DNA from: an uncultured bacterium
Lineage (GTDB): Bacteria; Chlamydiota; Chlamydiia; Chlamydiales; JAAKFR01
NCBI GenBank assembly: GCA_964588495.1
Contig: CAZPPS010000001.1
Coordinates: 53,367-117,366 of the forward strand
Length of the DNA stretch: 64,000 bases
Direction: 5' to 3'
The position numbers and the translations under genes are program-made. Within the stretch, counting starts at the first letter, position 1. The number at the start of each line of letters is the position of its first letter. Shown here piece after piece: positions 1 through 9,194 of the stretch. The notes under the pieces were generated by a model. It ran no database searches and was not told the DNA's origin. It saw only the letters and a program-made list of their open reading frames with translations.

Positions 1-1082
1 ATGAGAAAATCCCTTTTACAGCAAAACTTGTCCAAGAATCGCTGGAAAACATCCCCTCTTTAGATGCTTTGATGTTTCAAGTAGACGGGTTTGTGCAAAA
101 TGTCCCTATTTCAGGCCAAACTTCTTTTAAGAATCTGGAAATTACATCCGCTCTCTCTCACGTGGAAACCGAGCCTTTTTGGGTCTATAAAAATGAGGAT
201 GGCACTTCCCATATCCCCTCTAACACGGCGAATGCCACTTTAGGGGAACCCCTTTTGGTTGCCAAAAACTTCAAAAAAAATGATGTCCGTCTCGGCGATC
301 GTGGTTACCTTGCCTATTACGCAATGACAGGAAGCTCTCTTCAGGAGCAAAGAATTCCTGTCTATGTTGCCGGTTTTTATGATCCTGGCATGATCCCTGC
401 CGGAAGCAAACTCATTTTTGTCGATTCCAAGGTCGCGGCCATTTTACGCAGCAATTCCACAGTTAACGATCCGATGCTCGGCAACGGAGTCAATATCTGG
501 TTGAATAATCTCAAAGAGGCGACCCTTGCCAAAGATGAGTTGATCAAATCTCTAAAAGCACGCGGTATCGATCAATATTGGAATGTTCAGTCCTATCATG
601 ACTATGAGTTTACAAAGCCCATCTTAGAACAGCTTCAAAGCGATAAACACCTTTTCTCGCTCATTGCCATTATCATACTCATTGTGGCCTGCTCTAACAT
701 CATTTCGATGTTAATCCTCCTTGTGAATGACAAAAAGAAAGAGATCGGGATTTTGCAGTCGATGGGAGCTTCTCCTTTACGGATTGCAACCATTTTTGGA
801 CTCTGCGGCTTTGCGACAGGCGTCCTCAGCTGTGTGATTGGAGTGACCGCTGCGATCTTTACGTTGAAAAATCTGCAATCTTTAGTCTCGTTTTTAAGTT
901 TCATGCAAGGAAGGGATGCATTTCAGACCGCTTTTTACGGAAGCAGCTTACCAAATACCCTAAGCTACTCTGTTCTTTTCATGGTCCTCATTGCAACGCT
1001 TGCGATCTCATTGCTTGCTGGCATTGTTCCAGCCATTAAAGCAGCCAGGGTCCGCCCCACAGCTATTTTGAGGTCGGAATGA
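1..1082 (+). CDS. LolC/LolE-family (FtsX-like) lipoprotein-release ABC permease, 5' end outside the window
   Basis: The frame is open from base 3 to the left edge. The C-terminus has an FtsX-type membrane domain (LFSLIAIIILIVACSNIISML, GILQSMGASP). The stop overlaps the start of a LolD-like ATPase (ATGA). Confidence 0.7.
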   Translation, partial: EKIPFTAKLVQESLENIPSLDALMFQVDGFVQNVPISGQTSFKNLEITSALSHVETEPFWVYKNEDGTSHIPSNTANATLGEPLLVAKNFKKNDVRLGDRGYLAYYAMTGSSLQEQRIPVYVAGFYDPGMIPAGSKLIFVDSKVAAILRSNSTVNDPMLGNGVNIWLNNLKEATLAKDELIKSLKARGIDQYWNVQSYHDYEFTKPILEQLQSDKHLFSLIAIIILIVACSNIISMLILLVNDKKKEIGILQSMGASPLRIATIFGLCGFATGVLSCVIGVTAAIFTLKNLQSLVSFLSFMQGRDAFQTAFYGSSLPNTLSYSVLFMVLIATLAISLLAGIVPAIKAARVRPTAILRSE

Positions 1083-1753
1083 TGAATAAGCCGATTTTAT
1101 CCGCCAAAAATATCTGCAAAAAGTTCAATGCCCCCAATGAGATTGAAATCCTCAAAGATGTCAATCTCGATCTTTACCAAGGGCAAAGCATTGCCATTAT
1201 GGGAGCTTCCGGCGAAGGGAAGAGCACCCTTTTACAGATTTTAGGAACACTGGATGAACCTACTTCTGGCTCAATTGTAATCGCCGGCAAATCTGTTGCC
1301 CAAAAGCCCTCCCCCATTTTGCGTAACGCACATATCGGTTTTGTATTTCAAGCCTATCATTTGCTCGAAGATTATTCCGTTTTACAAAACGTGCTGATGC
1401 CCGCTTTGATTGGAGGCAAAGACATCTCCAAAAATTCACCAAGCTACAATAGGGCTTTGAGTTTGCTGGATCGTGTGGGCCTCAGCTCCCGAGTTCATTT
1501 TCAAAGTAAATTCCTCTCTGGAGGAGAAAAACAGCGGGCAGCCCTTGCAAGAGCGCTGTGTAATGATCCTGAAATCATCCTCGCAGACGAACCTTCAGGA
1601 AATCTTGACCACGCCACTTCTTCCCATATCCACGAGCTCTTGATGGAAGCTGTCAAGGAATTCAACAAGGCTTTGATTGTTGTCACCCATGATACCAACC
1701 TCGCCTCTCTTTGCGATAAAAAACTCATTTTATGTAACGGAGTCATTGTCTAA
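1079..1753 (+). CDS. lolD: Lipoprotein-release ABC transporter ATP-binding protein
   Basis: Walker [13 protein letters not shown] signature LSGGEKQR and Walker B IILADEP are present. The gene is translationally coupled to the upstream FtsX-type permease. Confidence 0.75.
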   Translation: MMNKPILSAKNICKKFNAPNEIEILKDVNLDLYQGQSIAIMGASGEGKSTLLQILGTLDEPTSGSIVIAGKSVAQKPSPILRNAHIGFVFQAYHLLEDYSVLQNVLMPALIGGKDISKNSPSYNRALSLLDRVGLSSRVHFQSKFLSGGEKQRAALARALCNDPEIILADEPSGNLDHATSSHIHELLMEAVKEFNKALIVVTHDTNLASLCDKKLILCNGVIV

Positions 1754-2946
1754 TGGATCAAACTTTTCTAAATCACCTGCAAACACAACTCGATGAACTG
1801 AAAGCTAACGGCCTCTACAAAACGGAAAGAGTGATCGCAAGCCCGCAAAGAGCCGATATTACGCTGAATGACAACTCTCATGTCCTCAATTTCTGCGCCA
1901 ATAACTATTTGGGGCTGGGAGCCCATCCCGATATCATTCAGGCAGCGGCCAGCAGTATGGAACAGTATGGTTTTGGGATGGCCTCTGTCCGTTTTATCTG
2001 CGGCACACAAACCGTACACATCGAATTAGAGCATAAAATCACCAATTTCTTAGCAACCGAAGAGACGATTCTGTATAGCTCCTGCTTCGATGCAAACGGC
2101 GGTCTTTTTGAAACCATTTTGGGCCCAGAAGATGCTGTAATCAGTGATTCTTTGAATCACGCAAGTATTATCGACGGGATCCGCCTTTGCAAAGCCAAGC
2201 GCCTCCGTTACCAAAACAACAACATGCAAGATCTTGAAGAGAAGCTTAAAGAAGCCCAGGATTCACGCTTCCGTTTGATCTCGACAGATGGCGTCTTTTC
2301 GATGGATGGCATTATTGCCAATCTCCCCGCTGTCTGTGATCTGGCAGATAAATATAATGCCCTTGTCATGATCGATGATTGCCACGCCGTCGGCTTTTTA
2401 GGACAAAACGGACGGGGCACACACGAATATTGGAATTTGCTCGGTCGCATCGATATCATCACAGGAACTTTAGGCAAAGCTCTCGGCGGCGCCTCGGGTG
2501 GATACACTTCAGGACGAAAAGAGATTATCCAGTGGCTCCGTCAACGCTCACGCCCCTATCTTTTCTCAAACACACTCTGTCCCAATATCGCAGCCGCAAG
2601 CCTGGAAGTTTTTAGGCTTCTGGAAAGAGAAGGAGATCAGCTCCGCAAGCGCCTCAAAGAAAATGCTGACTATTTTAGAAAAAAAATGACAGCCTTGGGC
2701 TTTACTCTTGCTGGTAAAGACCACCCGATCATCCCTGTGATGCTCGGAGATGCAAAACTCACACAAACATTTGCCAATCGGATGATTCAGGAAGGTATTT
2801 ATGTGATTGGATTTTTCTATCCAGTTGTCCCTCAAGGGGCGGCGCGCATACGCACACAGATGTCTGCAGCCCATTCCCTCCATGATTTGGACCGGGCAAT
2901 TGCGGCCTTCGAAAAGGTTGGCAAAGAACTCAACGTAATTAAGTAA
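1753..2946 (+). CDS. kbl: 2-amino-3-ketobutyrate CoA ligase (glycine C-acetyltransferase)
   Basis: Full-length class-II aminotransferase pattern ([14 protein letters not shown]-lysine region [14 protein letters not shown]). It is collinear with E. coli Kbl as I recall it and is followed directly by tdh. Confidence 0.85.
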   Translation: MDQTFLNHLQTQLDELKANGLYKTERVIASPQRADITLNDNSHVLNFCANNYLGLGAHPDIIQAAASSMEQYGFGMASVRFICGTQTVHIELEHKITNFLATEETILYSSCFDANGGLFETILGPEDAVISDSLNHASIIDGIRLCKAKRLRYQNNNMQDLEEKLKEAQDSRFRLISTDGVFSMDGIIANLPAVCDLADKYNALVMIDDCHAVGFLGQNGRGTHEYWNLLGRIDIITGTLGKALGGASGGYTSGRKEIIQWLRQRSRPYLFSNTLCPNIAAASLEVFRLLEREGDQLRKRLKENADYFRKKMTALGFTLAGKDHPIIPVMLGDAKLTQTFANRMIQEGIYVIGFFYPVVPQGAARIRTQMSAAHSLHDLDRAIAAFEKVGKELNVIK

Positions 2947-2959
2947 TAGGAAAAAAATT

Positions 2960-3982
2960 ATGAAAGCAATCATTAAAAAACAAGCGGGCGTCGGCCTTTG
3001 GATGGAAGATATCAACATCCCAGAGCCTGGCGATAATGAGCTTTTAATCAAAGTCACGAAAACGGCGATCTGCGGAACAGACATTCACCTCTACCTTTGG
3101 GATGATGTGGCTCAAAGAAATCTCCCAGTCCCTTCAGTAATCGGCCATGAATTTATCGGTACAGTGGCAGGAATGGGGCGCAATGTTCAAGGCTTTAAAG
3201 AAGGAGACCGTGTCTCTGGAGAAGGGCATATCACCTGCGGAAGATGCCGCCAATGCCAAACAGGAATGAGCGTTCTTTGCCCCAACACTTTCAATATCGC
3301 CATTCATGGAAAAGGGTGCTTTGCCGAATATTTCTGTTTGCCGGCTCAGAATGCCTTTTTAATGCCCGCCGAAATCCCAGATGAAATTGCGACGATTTTT
3401 GATCCTTTAGGAAATGCTGTCCACACAGCTCTCTCTTTTGATCTTGTGGGCAAAGATGTTTTGATTACAGGCGCTGGCCCCATTGGCTTGATGACAATTC
3501 CGATCGTGAAAAAGGCGGGAGCCCGTCACGTCATCATTTCCGATCTGAACCCTCTACGCCTCTCTTTGGCCAAAAAAATGGGAGCAGACGCTGCTGTTAA
3601 TGTGAAAGAAGAGTCGCTCAAAGATGTGATGCAGAAAAAGGGAATCGATGGATTTGATGTCTGCCTTGAAATGTCTGGAAGTGCCCATGCCCTAGCTTCC
3701 CTTCCTGAACTTGCAGGCTACGGCGGAAAGCTGGCCATCCTTGGTTTCCCCCCAGCAACTACACAACTGGATTGGCACAACGTCCTTTTCAAAATGCTGA
3801 CGATTAAAGGAATCTATGGACGGGAAATCTTCCGCACATGGTATCAGGTTCTCCACCTTTTACAAAGCGGCCTCGATGTGTCCCCTGTGATTACACATAG
3901 ACTCCACATCGACGAGTTCCAGAAAGGCTTCGATGCCATGCTCGAGGGTAGCTGCGGCAAAGTAATCCTCAACTGGACCTGA
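2960..3982 (+). CDS. tdh: L-threonine 3-dehydrogenase
   Basis: Zn-ADH fold with GHEFIGTV and GEGHITCGRCRQC. IFDPLGNAVHTALSFDLVGKDVLITGAGPIG closely matches the E. coli Tdh sequence as I recall it. A kbl-tdh pair is the classical arrangement. Confidence 0.85.
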   Translation: MKAIIKKQAGVGLWMEDINIPEPGDNELLIKVTKTAICGTDIHLYLWDDVAQRNLPVPSVIGHEFIGTVAGMGRNVQGFKEGDRVSGEGHITCGRCRQCQTGMSVLCPNTFNIAIHGKGCFAEYFCLPAQNAFLMPAEIPDEIATIFDPLGNAVHTALSFDLVGKDVLITGAGPIGLMTIPIVKKAGARHVIISDLNPLRLSLAKKMGADAAVNVKEESLKDVMQKKGIDGFDVCLEMSGSAHALASLPELAGYGGKLAILGFPPATTQLDWHNVLFKMLTIKGIYGREIFRTWYQVLHLLQSGLDVSPVITHRLHIDEFQKGFDAMLEGSCGKVILNWT

Positions 3983-3989
3983 GAGGGGT

Positions 3990-4086
3990 AATTTAAACAC
4001 GAAGGCACGAACATAGAAAGACACAAAGAGGAACTATTTCTTTCTCTTTGTGTCTTTGCATCTTCGTGTCTTTGTGTTGAATTCCT
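3990..4086. repeat. Octamer-array palindromic intergenic element, simple form (A-loop-A')
   Basis: aaacacgaaggcacgaacatagaaagacacaaagag / ctctttgtgtctttgcatcttcgtgtctttgtgtt arms with an aatt..gaatt terminus. It lies just after the tdh stop. Confidence 0.85.
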
Positions 4087-4107
4087 CCCAACGTTCAACA
4101 AAATAAC

Positions 4108-4962
4108 TTGTTAGCCACAAATAGGCCTATGGACAATATACTCACAGATTACAAAGCACAAATAGATCAAACGCTCAATAACCTCATCCCGCCAACCTCC
4201 CCTCTTTTCCATTCTCTTTATGAAGGTGCAAGGTATTCGTTGTTGGCGCCGGGGAAAAGGATTCGTCCTCTGCTCACAGTTTGCACGGCGGAAATGATCA
4301 AGCCAGGAGCTCTCCAAGCCGCGCTCATCCCTGCTTGCGCGCTCGAAATGGTACATACCTATTCCTTAATCCACGACGATCTTCCTTGCATGGATGATGA
4401 TGATTTTAGAAGAGGGCTTCCCACTCTTCACCGTGTTTATACAGAAGGACACGCTGTTTTAGCAGGTGATTACTTGCTGACACATGCCTTCGAATCTCTA
4501 TCCACTTCCCCTCTTTTAAATCCTGAGCAAAAAATAGAACTGGTGCGTGTACTCGCCCAAACTTCGGGTGGTGAGGGAATGATTGGCGGCCAAATTATGG
4601 ATATCGAGCAATCGAGCGACATCCAAGAGATGCACGCGCGTAAAACGGGGGCGCTATTCTGTGCAGCTGTTGTCTTTGGGGGAATTGTTGCAAAGGCAAG
4701 CCCCGAGACATTGCAACTTTTGCACACTTTTGGCCTTCAGTTTGGCAATCTTTTTCAAATACTTGACGATATTTCCGACGAAGATCATCCTTTGGGCAAT
4801 GAAAAAGCAAAAGAGAGTGCCTTTGAGCTCCATAAAAAAACTCTTGAAACCTTGGATCTACTCTCTTTTGATTCTTCTTCTCTTACAAAACTCATTGAGC
4901 TGGTGGTGAATGGAAACCAAAGTTTTACGTTACACACATGTTCGTCCTCAGCGGATTTATAA
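4108..4962 (+). CDS. ispA: Short-chain polyprenyl (geranyl/farnesyl) diphosphate synthase
   Basis: Two Asp-rich motifs are present: LIHDDLPCMDDDDFRRG and FQILDDISD. TTG start; the 3' end overlaps the next ORF by 53 nt, so the exact ends are uncertain. Confidence 0.75.
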   Translation: MLATNRPMDNILTDYKAQIDQTLNNLIPPTSPLFHSLYEGARYSLLAPGKRIRPLLTVCTAEMIKPGALQAALIPACALEMVHTYSLIHDDLPCMDDDDFRRGLPTLHRVYTEGHAVLAGDYLLTHAFESLSTSPLLNPEQKIELVRVLAQTSGGEGMIGGQIMDIEQSSDIQEMHARKTGALFCAAVVFGGIVAKASPETLQLLHTFGLQFGNLFQILDDISDEDHPLGNEKAKESAFELHKKTLETLDLLSFDSSSLTKLIELVVNGNQSFTLHTCSSSADL

Positions 4963-5578
4963 TATCCATCACAGCTTTTCCAAGCGCCTTTTTGACATTA
5001 TCTTTAGCTCAGCTGTCTTGATTATTTTTTCCCCTCTATACCTTGCGATTATGATCGGCATCCGCCTCTCATCGCCAGGTTCTCCTCTATTTATTCAGCC
5101 AAGGTTAGGAGCTGGAGGCAAAGTTTTCAAATGCTACAAATTCAGAACGATGTACTCTGATGCTGAAAAACGTTTGCGCACACTTTTAGCCGAAAATCCA
5201 GAGCTCAAAGCCGAATGGGAAGAAAATCAAAAACTCAAAAATGACCCCCGCATCTTTTCGTTGGGCAAAACCTTAAGACGCACTTCTCTCGACGAACTTC
5301 CCCAGTTTTGGAATGTGTTGATGGGAGATTTAAGCGTTGTGGGCCCAAGACCCTACATGATCACACAAAGAAAGGCTTTAGGCGAGCAACTCTACACGAT
5401 TCTCTCTGTCAAACCTGGGATTACGGGCCTTTGGCAAACCTCAGGAAGAAGCCACACAAATTTCCAACAAAGAATATCGTTAGATGCCTCCTATGTAGAG
5501 ATCCACTCGTTTTTCTTCGATCTCTTCCTCGTCTTTAAAACCATTGTGCAGATGCTCTTCTCCAAAAATGCGTATTAA
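4910..5578 (+). CDS. Bacterial sugar transferase (polyprenyl-phosphate sugar-phosphotransferase, WbaP/PglC-like)
   Basis: One N-terminal TM helix followed by the conserved domain KVFKCYKFRTM ... DELPQFWNVLMGDLSVVGPRP ... KPGITGLWQ. Confidence 0.7.
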   Translation: METKVLRYTHVRPQRIYNIHHSFSKRLFDIIFSSAVLIIFSPLYLAIMIGIRLSSPGSPLFIQPRLGAGGKVFKCYKFRTMYSDAEKRLRTLLAENPELKAEWEENQKLKNDPRIFSLGKTLRRTSLDELPQFWNVLMGDLSVVGPRPYMITQRKALGEQLYTILSVKPGITGLWQTSGRSHTNFQQRISLDASYVEIHSFFFDLFLVFKTIVQMLFSKNAY

Positions 5579-5677
5579 CCTAGATATGATACCCTTTAAA
5601 TAGCTTTTAACCCTGATGGAATTGAATAAATATATTAAAAACTCAAATAAGCTGATAAGCCATAGACGCAGTTAGAA

Positions 5678-5768
5678 GCATGATAAGAAGGATATGCTTG
5701 ATCTACTTGATAATAAATTTTATTTTTTTTCTTTATCATGCACATCAAGCATATCCTTCTTATCATGC
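5678..5768. repeat. Perfect 25-bp inverted repeat with a 41-nt AT-rich loop
   Basis: gcatgataagaaggatatgcttgat (5678-5702) is the exact reverse complement of 5744-5768. A related half-copy lies at 55004-55037. Confidence 0.85.
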
Positions 5769-5881
5769 TCTTGGACTGAGCCTTGAATTATGTATTAGTT
5801 TTGTAATTATCTTCTGTTTTTCTGTGTTTTTTTTAACGCTGAGGCATGGAGAACACAGAAAAGAAAGGGAATATTTATTAA

Positions 5882-6385
5882 ATGCGTATTAATAGTAAAA
5901 CAGCCTTTTTTTTATCCCTGTTCTTCCTCCTAGTGGGACCTATCTTTTTCCCAAAACTCCACACCCTCTATTTGGCTCCGTATCTTGTCATCTCGCTGTA
6001 TCAACATTCGAAGTTTGGGGTACTTTGGCGTGCCCTCTTTTGCGGAATTCTTCTGGATCTTCTCTCTTCTGGCCCTTTTTTTGGCTTCTCAGCGCTTGAG
6101 TTTTGTTTTGTCAGTTGGCTTCTTCAGTCCCAGACCCGGAACTTTTTTGTGGATAAACTTTCTACACTCCCTTTAATGAGCTACCTTTTCACGCTGCTTT
6201 CCACGGGTTTCTCTTACATATTTAATATTTTCTTCAATGATGCAGCCGCTCCCACCTTATTTTGGGTCTTTAGCGATCTCATTTGCATGCCACTCATCGA
6301 AGCTTTCTACGCCCTGCTTGTATTTTCTCTCCCTTTTGAGTTAATATACCTTTTTAAAAAATTACGTTTGGCTAGAAAACGATGA
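5882..6385 (+). CDS. Polytopic small membrane protein, MreD-like
   Basis: 167 aa with 4-5 hydrophobic helices. The LFCGILLDLLSSGPFFGFSAL pattern is reminiscent of MreD. Assignment is by weak motif only. Confidence 0.35.
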   Translation: MRINSKTAFFLSLFFLLVGPIFFPKLHTLYLAPYLVISLYQHSKFGVLWRALFCGILLDLLSSGPFFGFSALEFCFVSWLLQSQTRNFFVDKLSTLPLMSYLFTLLSTGFSYIFNIFFNDAAAPTLFWVFSDLICMPLIEAFYALLVFSLPFELIYLFKKLRLARKR

Positions 6386-7227
6386 TTCTATCTGGAAAAG
6401 CTGTTGCTGATGAAATTAAATTAGAGCTGAAAGCTCAAATCGAAACACTTCCCTCATCTCCTGGTTTAGCAGTGATTTTGGTGGGCAATAATCCCGCTTC
6501 TGAAAGTTACATCAAGATGAAACGGCAAGCCTGTCAGGCTGTAGGCATTACCTCCTTTTTTCACCCTTTTCCTGAATCGATCAGAGAAGACGAGCTTTTA
6601 GAATTTATACAAAAGCAAAATGCCGATCCTAAAGTGGATGGAATTTTAGTCCAATTTCCCCTCCCCTCTCACATTTCGACCGAAAAAGTGATCGAAGCGA
6701 TCGACCCTAACAAAGACGTCGACGGTTTCCATCCAATCAACATGGGAAAGTTGCTTTTAGGGCTAAAAGGGGGATTTATTCCGTGCACACCTCTTGGCAT
6801 TAAAGTACTTCTTGAGCGTTCACACATTTCCGTAGAAGGTAAAGACGTTGTGATCGTAGGACGGAGCCAGATTGTAGGCAAACCTTTAGCCGCCTTATTT
6901 TTACAAAATACCAGAGGCTGTAACGCCACGGTGACTGTCATCCACAGCAAAAGCTCCCATTTTGTAGAACACACAAAACGGGCCGACATTTTGATTGCAG
7001 CGATGGGATCTCCCCATTTCATTAAGGCTGATATGATTAAAGAGGGGGCAGTCGTTGTGGATGTTGGGATCAATCGTCTCGAAAACAGTCTTGTCGGCGA
7101 TGTCGATTTTAACGAAGTTGAAAAAAAATGTCAGGCAATCACCCCAGTTCCTGGAGGTGTTGGTCCCATGACTGTTGCGATGCTCCTACAAAATACATGT
7201 TCAAGCTATATAAAAAAGTTATCCTAA
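6382..7227 (+). CDS. folD: Bifunctional methylenetetrahydrofolate dehydrogenase/cyclohydrolase
   Basis: Typical FolD sequence along the full length (ASESYIKMKRQAC, GILVQFPLP, DVDGFHPINMGKL, VVIVGRSQIVGKPLA, TPVPGGVGPMTVAMLL). Confidence 0.9.
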   Translation: MILSGKAVADEIKLELKAQIETLPSSPGLAVILVGNNPASESYIKMKRQACQAVGITSFFHPFPESIREDELLEFIQKQNADPKVDGILVQFPLPSHISTEKVIEAIDPNKDVDGFHPINMGKLLLGLKGGFIPCTPLGIKVLLERSHISVEGKDVVIVGRSQIVGKPLAALFLQNTRGCNATVTVIHSKSSHFVEHTKRADILIAAMGSPHFIKADMIKEGAVVVDVGINRLENSLVGDVDFNEVEKKCQAITPVPGGVGPMTVAMLLQNTCSSYIKKLS

Positions 7228-8102
7228 TCCTCCTTGTCCTAACAAGTTGCAATCGCACTACCAAGCCCATTCGACTGGAAGGCATTGCAATGACCATCCC
7301 CTATTGCGTGCAAATCGCTCAGCCAAGCCCTCTTGCTGAAAATATCATCTCCTCCACTTTTGCTGAAATCAACGCGATCTACAACAACTGGAACCCCCAC
7401 TCTGAAATCTCCAAGCTAAATACCCTCAAAGCCTTCGAAAAACAGCAGCTATCTCCCGAGCTTTACTCTTTTCTACAATTCACAAACTCCATTGTTCGAC
7501 TCACAGAAGGGCGTTTTGATCCCACTGTCGCCTCTTTGCACCAACTCTGGAAAAAAAGCTTAAAAGAGAACCACTTACCCTCAGAAATCGAGCTGCAAAA
7601 TCTCTCCCCAGCGATCGGCTGGGACAAAATCCATCTTGAAGAGGGCCATTTCTGGAAAGAACAGGACGCCACCACACTTGATCTCTGTGGCATCGCCAAA
7701 GGTTACGCTGTCGACCTCATCACCGAACGATTGCAAGCTGCTGGTCTTAGAGACATTTACGTCGAATGGGGTGGCGAGATTCGCACCTCGGGCAACCACC
7801 CAGACAATAGACCCTGGAAAATTGGAATTATCGGCTTAATCCCCCTAGAACTCAAAAATGAAGCCATAGCCACCAGCGGCTCCTACATCCAGCAATGGAC
7901 AATCGATTCAATCACATACACACACATCATCGACCCCCGCACCCAAAAGCCTCTCAATAACGCCCCTATCACAAGCGCGACAGTCATCGCCCCCACCTGC
8001 GCCGAAGCCGACGCCCTCGCCACCGCCTTCATGCTCTTCCCCACATGCGCCGAAGCCCAATCTTGGGCTCAAAACCACGGCATTTCCCTCTACCTCTGGT
8101 AG
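7197..8102 (+). CDS. apbE: ApbE-family FAD:protein FMN transferase lipoprotein
   Basis: The internal ATG at 7197 gives a lipoprotein signal (KKVILILLVLTSC). ApbE-like blocks are FDPTVASL, GIAKGYAVD, ATSGSY and HIIDPRT. The longer 7128 start would overlap folD and encodes a non-signal sequence. Confidence 0.8.
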   Translation: MFKLYKKVILILLVLTSCNRTTKPIRLEGIAMTIPYCVQIAQPSPLAENIISSTFAEINAIYNNWNPHSEISKLNTLKAFEKQQLSPELYSFLQFTNSIVRLTEGRFDPTVASLHQLWKKSLKENHLPSEIELQNLSPAIGWDKIHLEEGHFWKEQDATTLDLCGIAKGYAVDLITERLQAAGLRDIYVEWGGEIRTSGNHPDNRPWKIGIIGLIPLELKNEAIATSGSYIQQWTIDSITYTHIIDPRTQKPLNNAPITSATVIAPTCAEADALATAFMLFPTCAEAQSWAQNHGISLYLW

Positions 8103-8203
8103 CCCGCTCGATTCCATTACGAAGGGATGGATCAAGCTTTAGTTCAAATAAAAAATATAACAAATAGGTGGTAATTAAATTTTTTTATTGTATATTTAGA
8201 AAG

Positions 8204-9187
8204 ATGTACCATTTAAAAGACGAACAATCAGAATTCAACACACCAGAAGCTTTGTCTTCTATTGTTAAGCGTTTAGGTAATCCAATATCCACTGCACTGC
8301 TTCACCTTTCGTGCCAGATTTTCAAAACTCCCCAAATCGATGGAGTGATTGGCTATCAAAGAAGTGGCAAAGTGGCAGTCGTCATTGGAGATCCTGTTTG
8401 TTTACCAAAAGACACAGCAGCGCTGATAAACGCCTTTCATCATTATTGCCGGCAAAATCATTGGAAAACAGTCTATTTATCTGCTTCTCATGACTTTGCT
8501 CACTTTGCCATCAACAATGAATGCAAGACATCCGTTCAGTTTGGCTCCGTTGTCAGCGTCGATCCCTCAACTTTTAAAAAGAAACAGAAACTCCGCTGGA
8601 AAATTAATCAGTCTATTCAACATGGTGTTCACGTTAAAGAATATAAAGGCTTTGACCCCTTATTAGAAAATAAGATTAAACATTGCATTGATACCTGGCT
8701 CGAGCAAAGACGAGGGCCGCAGATTCATCTAGGTGGCATCAATTTTTCTAATAATAATGAAGAAAGACGCATTTTTTATGCGGAGCAAAACGGTAACGTC
8801 ATCGGGTTTTTAATGCTCCATCCCCTCGACCGATTTCAGGGTTGGGTTGTCTGCTCTTACCTGGCAATTCAAGGTTCACCTGTTGGAACCACAGAAAATT
8901 TAATGTGTACATGCTTCGATGCGTTAGCTGCAGAAAATTGCCACTATCTCTGTTTAGGAATAGCGGTTGGGGGCGAACTTGGTGAAATTGTGGGCTTAAA
9001 TGCTTTTGGAAAAAAAGTTGCCAGGCTAATTTTTAATGGAGCACGCCGATTTTTTAAACTGGATGCAAAAGGGCACTATTTTCATAAGTTCCATCCCGAT
9101 TTTCACCCAACCTTTTTGGTATTCAGAGATAAAATATCAATTTCTGAGTTATTAGCGATTAAAAACGTACTAAATGTAAAGTTATAA
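8204..9187 (+). CDS. Stand-alone DUF2156-like protein (resembles the C-terminal aminoacyl-phosphatidylglycerol synthase domain of MprF/LysX)
   Basis: About 327 aa and soluble. It shows the GYQRSGKVAVVIGDPVC pattern and overall architecture I associate with DUF2156. The ATG at 8204 is preferred over the GTG at 8168. No membrane flippase domain is present. Confidence 0.5.
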   Translation: MYHLKDEQSEFNTPEALSSIVKRLGNPISTALLHLSCQIFKTPQIDGVIGYQRSGKVAVVIGDPVCLPKDTAALINAFHHYCRQNHWKTVYLSASHDFAHFAINNECKTSVQFGSVVSVDPSTFKKKQKLRWKINQSIQHGVHVKEYKGFDPLLENKIKHCIDTWLEQRRGPQIHLGGINFSNNNEERRIFYAEQNGNVIGFLMLHPLDRFQGWVVCSYLAIQGSPVGTTENLMCTCFDALAAENCHYLCLGIAVGGELGEIVGLNAFGKKVARLIFNGARRFFKLDAKGHYFHKFHPDFHPTFLVFRDKISISELLAIKNVLNVKL

Positions 9188-9194
9188 AGGTATT

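Noticed and set aside
2566-3084. Long antisense ORFs inside well-supported genes (for example 2566-3084, 6669-7073, 16506-16910, 43885-44322, 48701-49171 and 56505-56993).
   Set aside because: Each lies opposite a gene with strong family motifs and has a low-complexity or Cys/Arg/Ser-rich composition typical of antisense translation.
5680-5892. A 70-aa ORF in the gap between the sugar transferase and the MreD-like gene.
   Set aside because: Its first third is simply the translation of the perfect 25-bp inverted repeat and its AT-rich loop. This is more parsimoniously non-coding.
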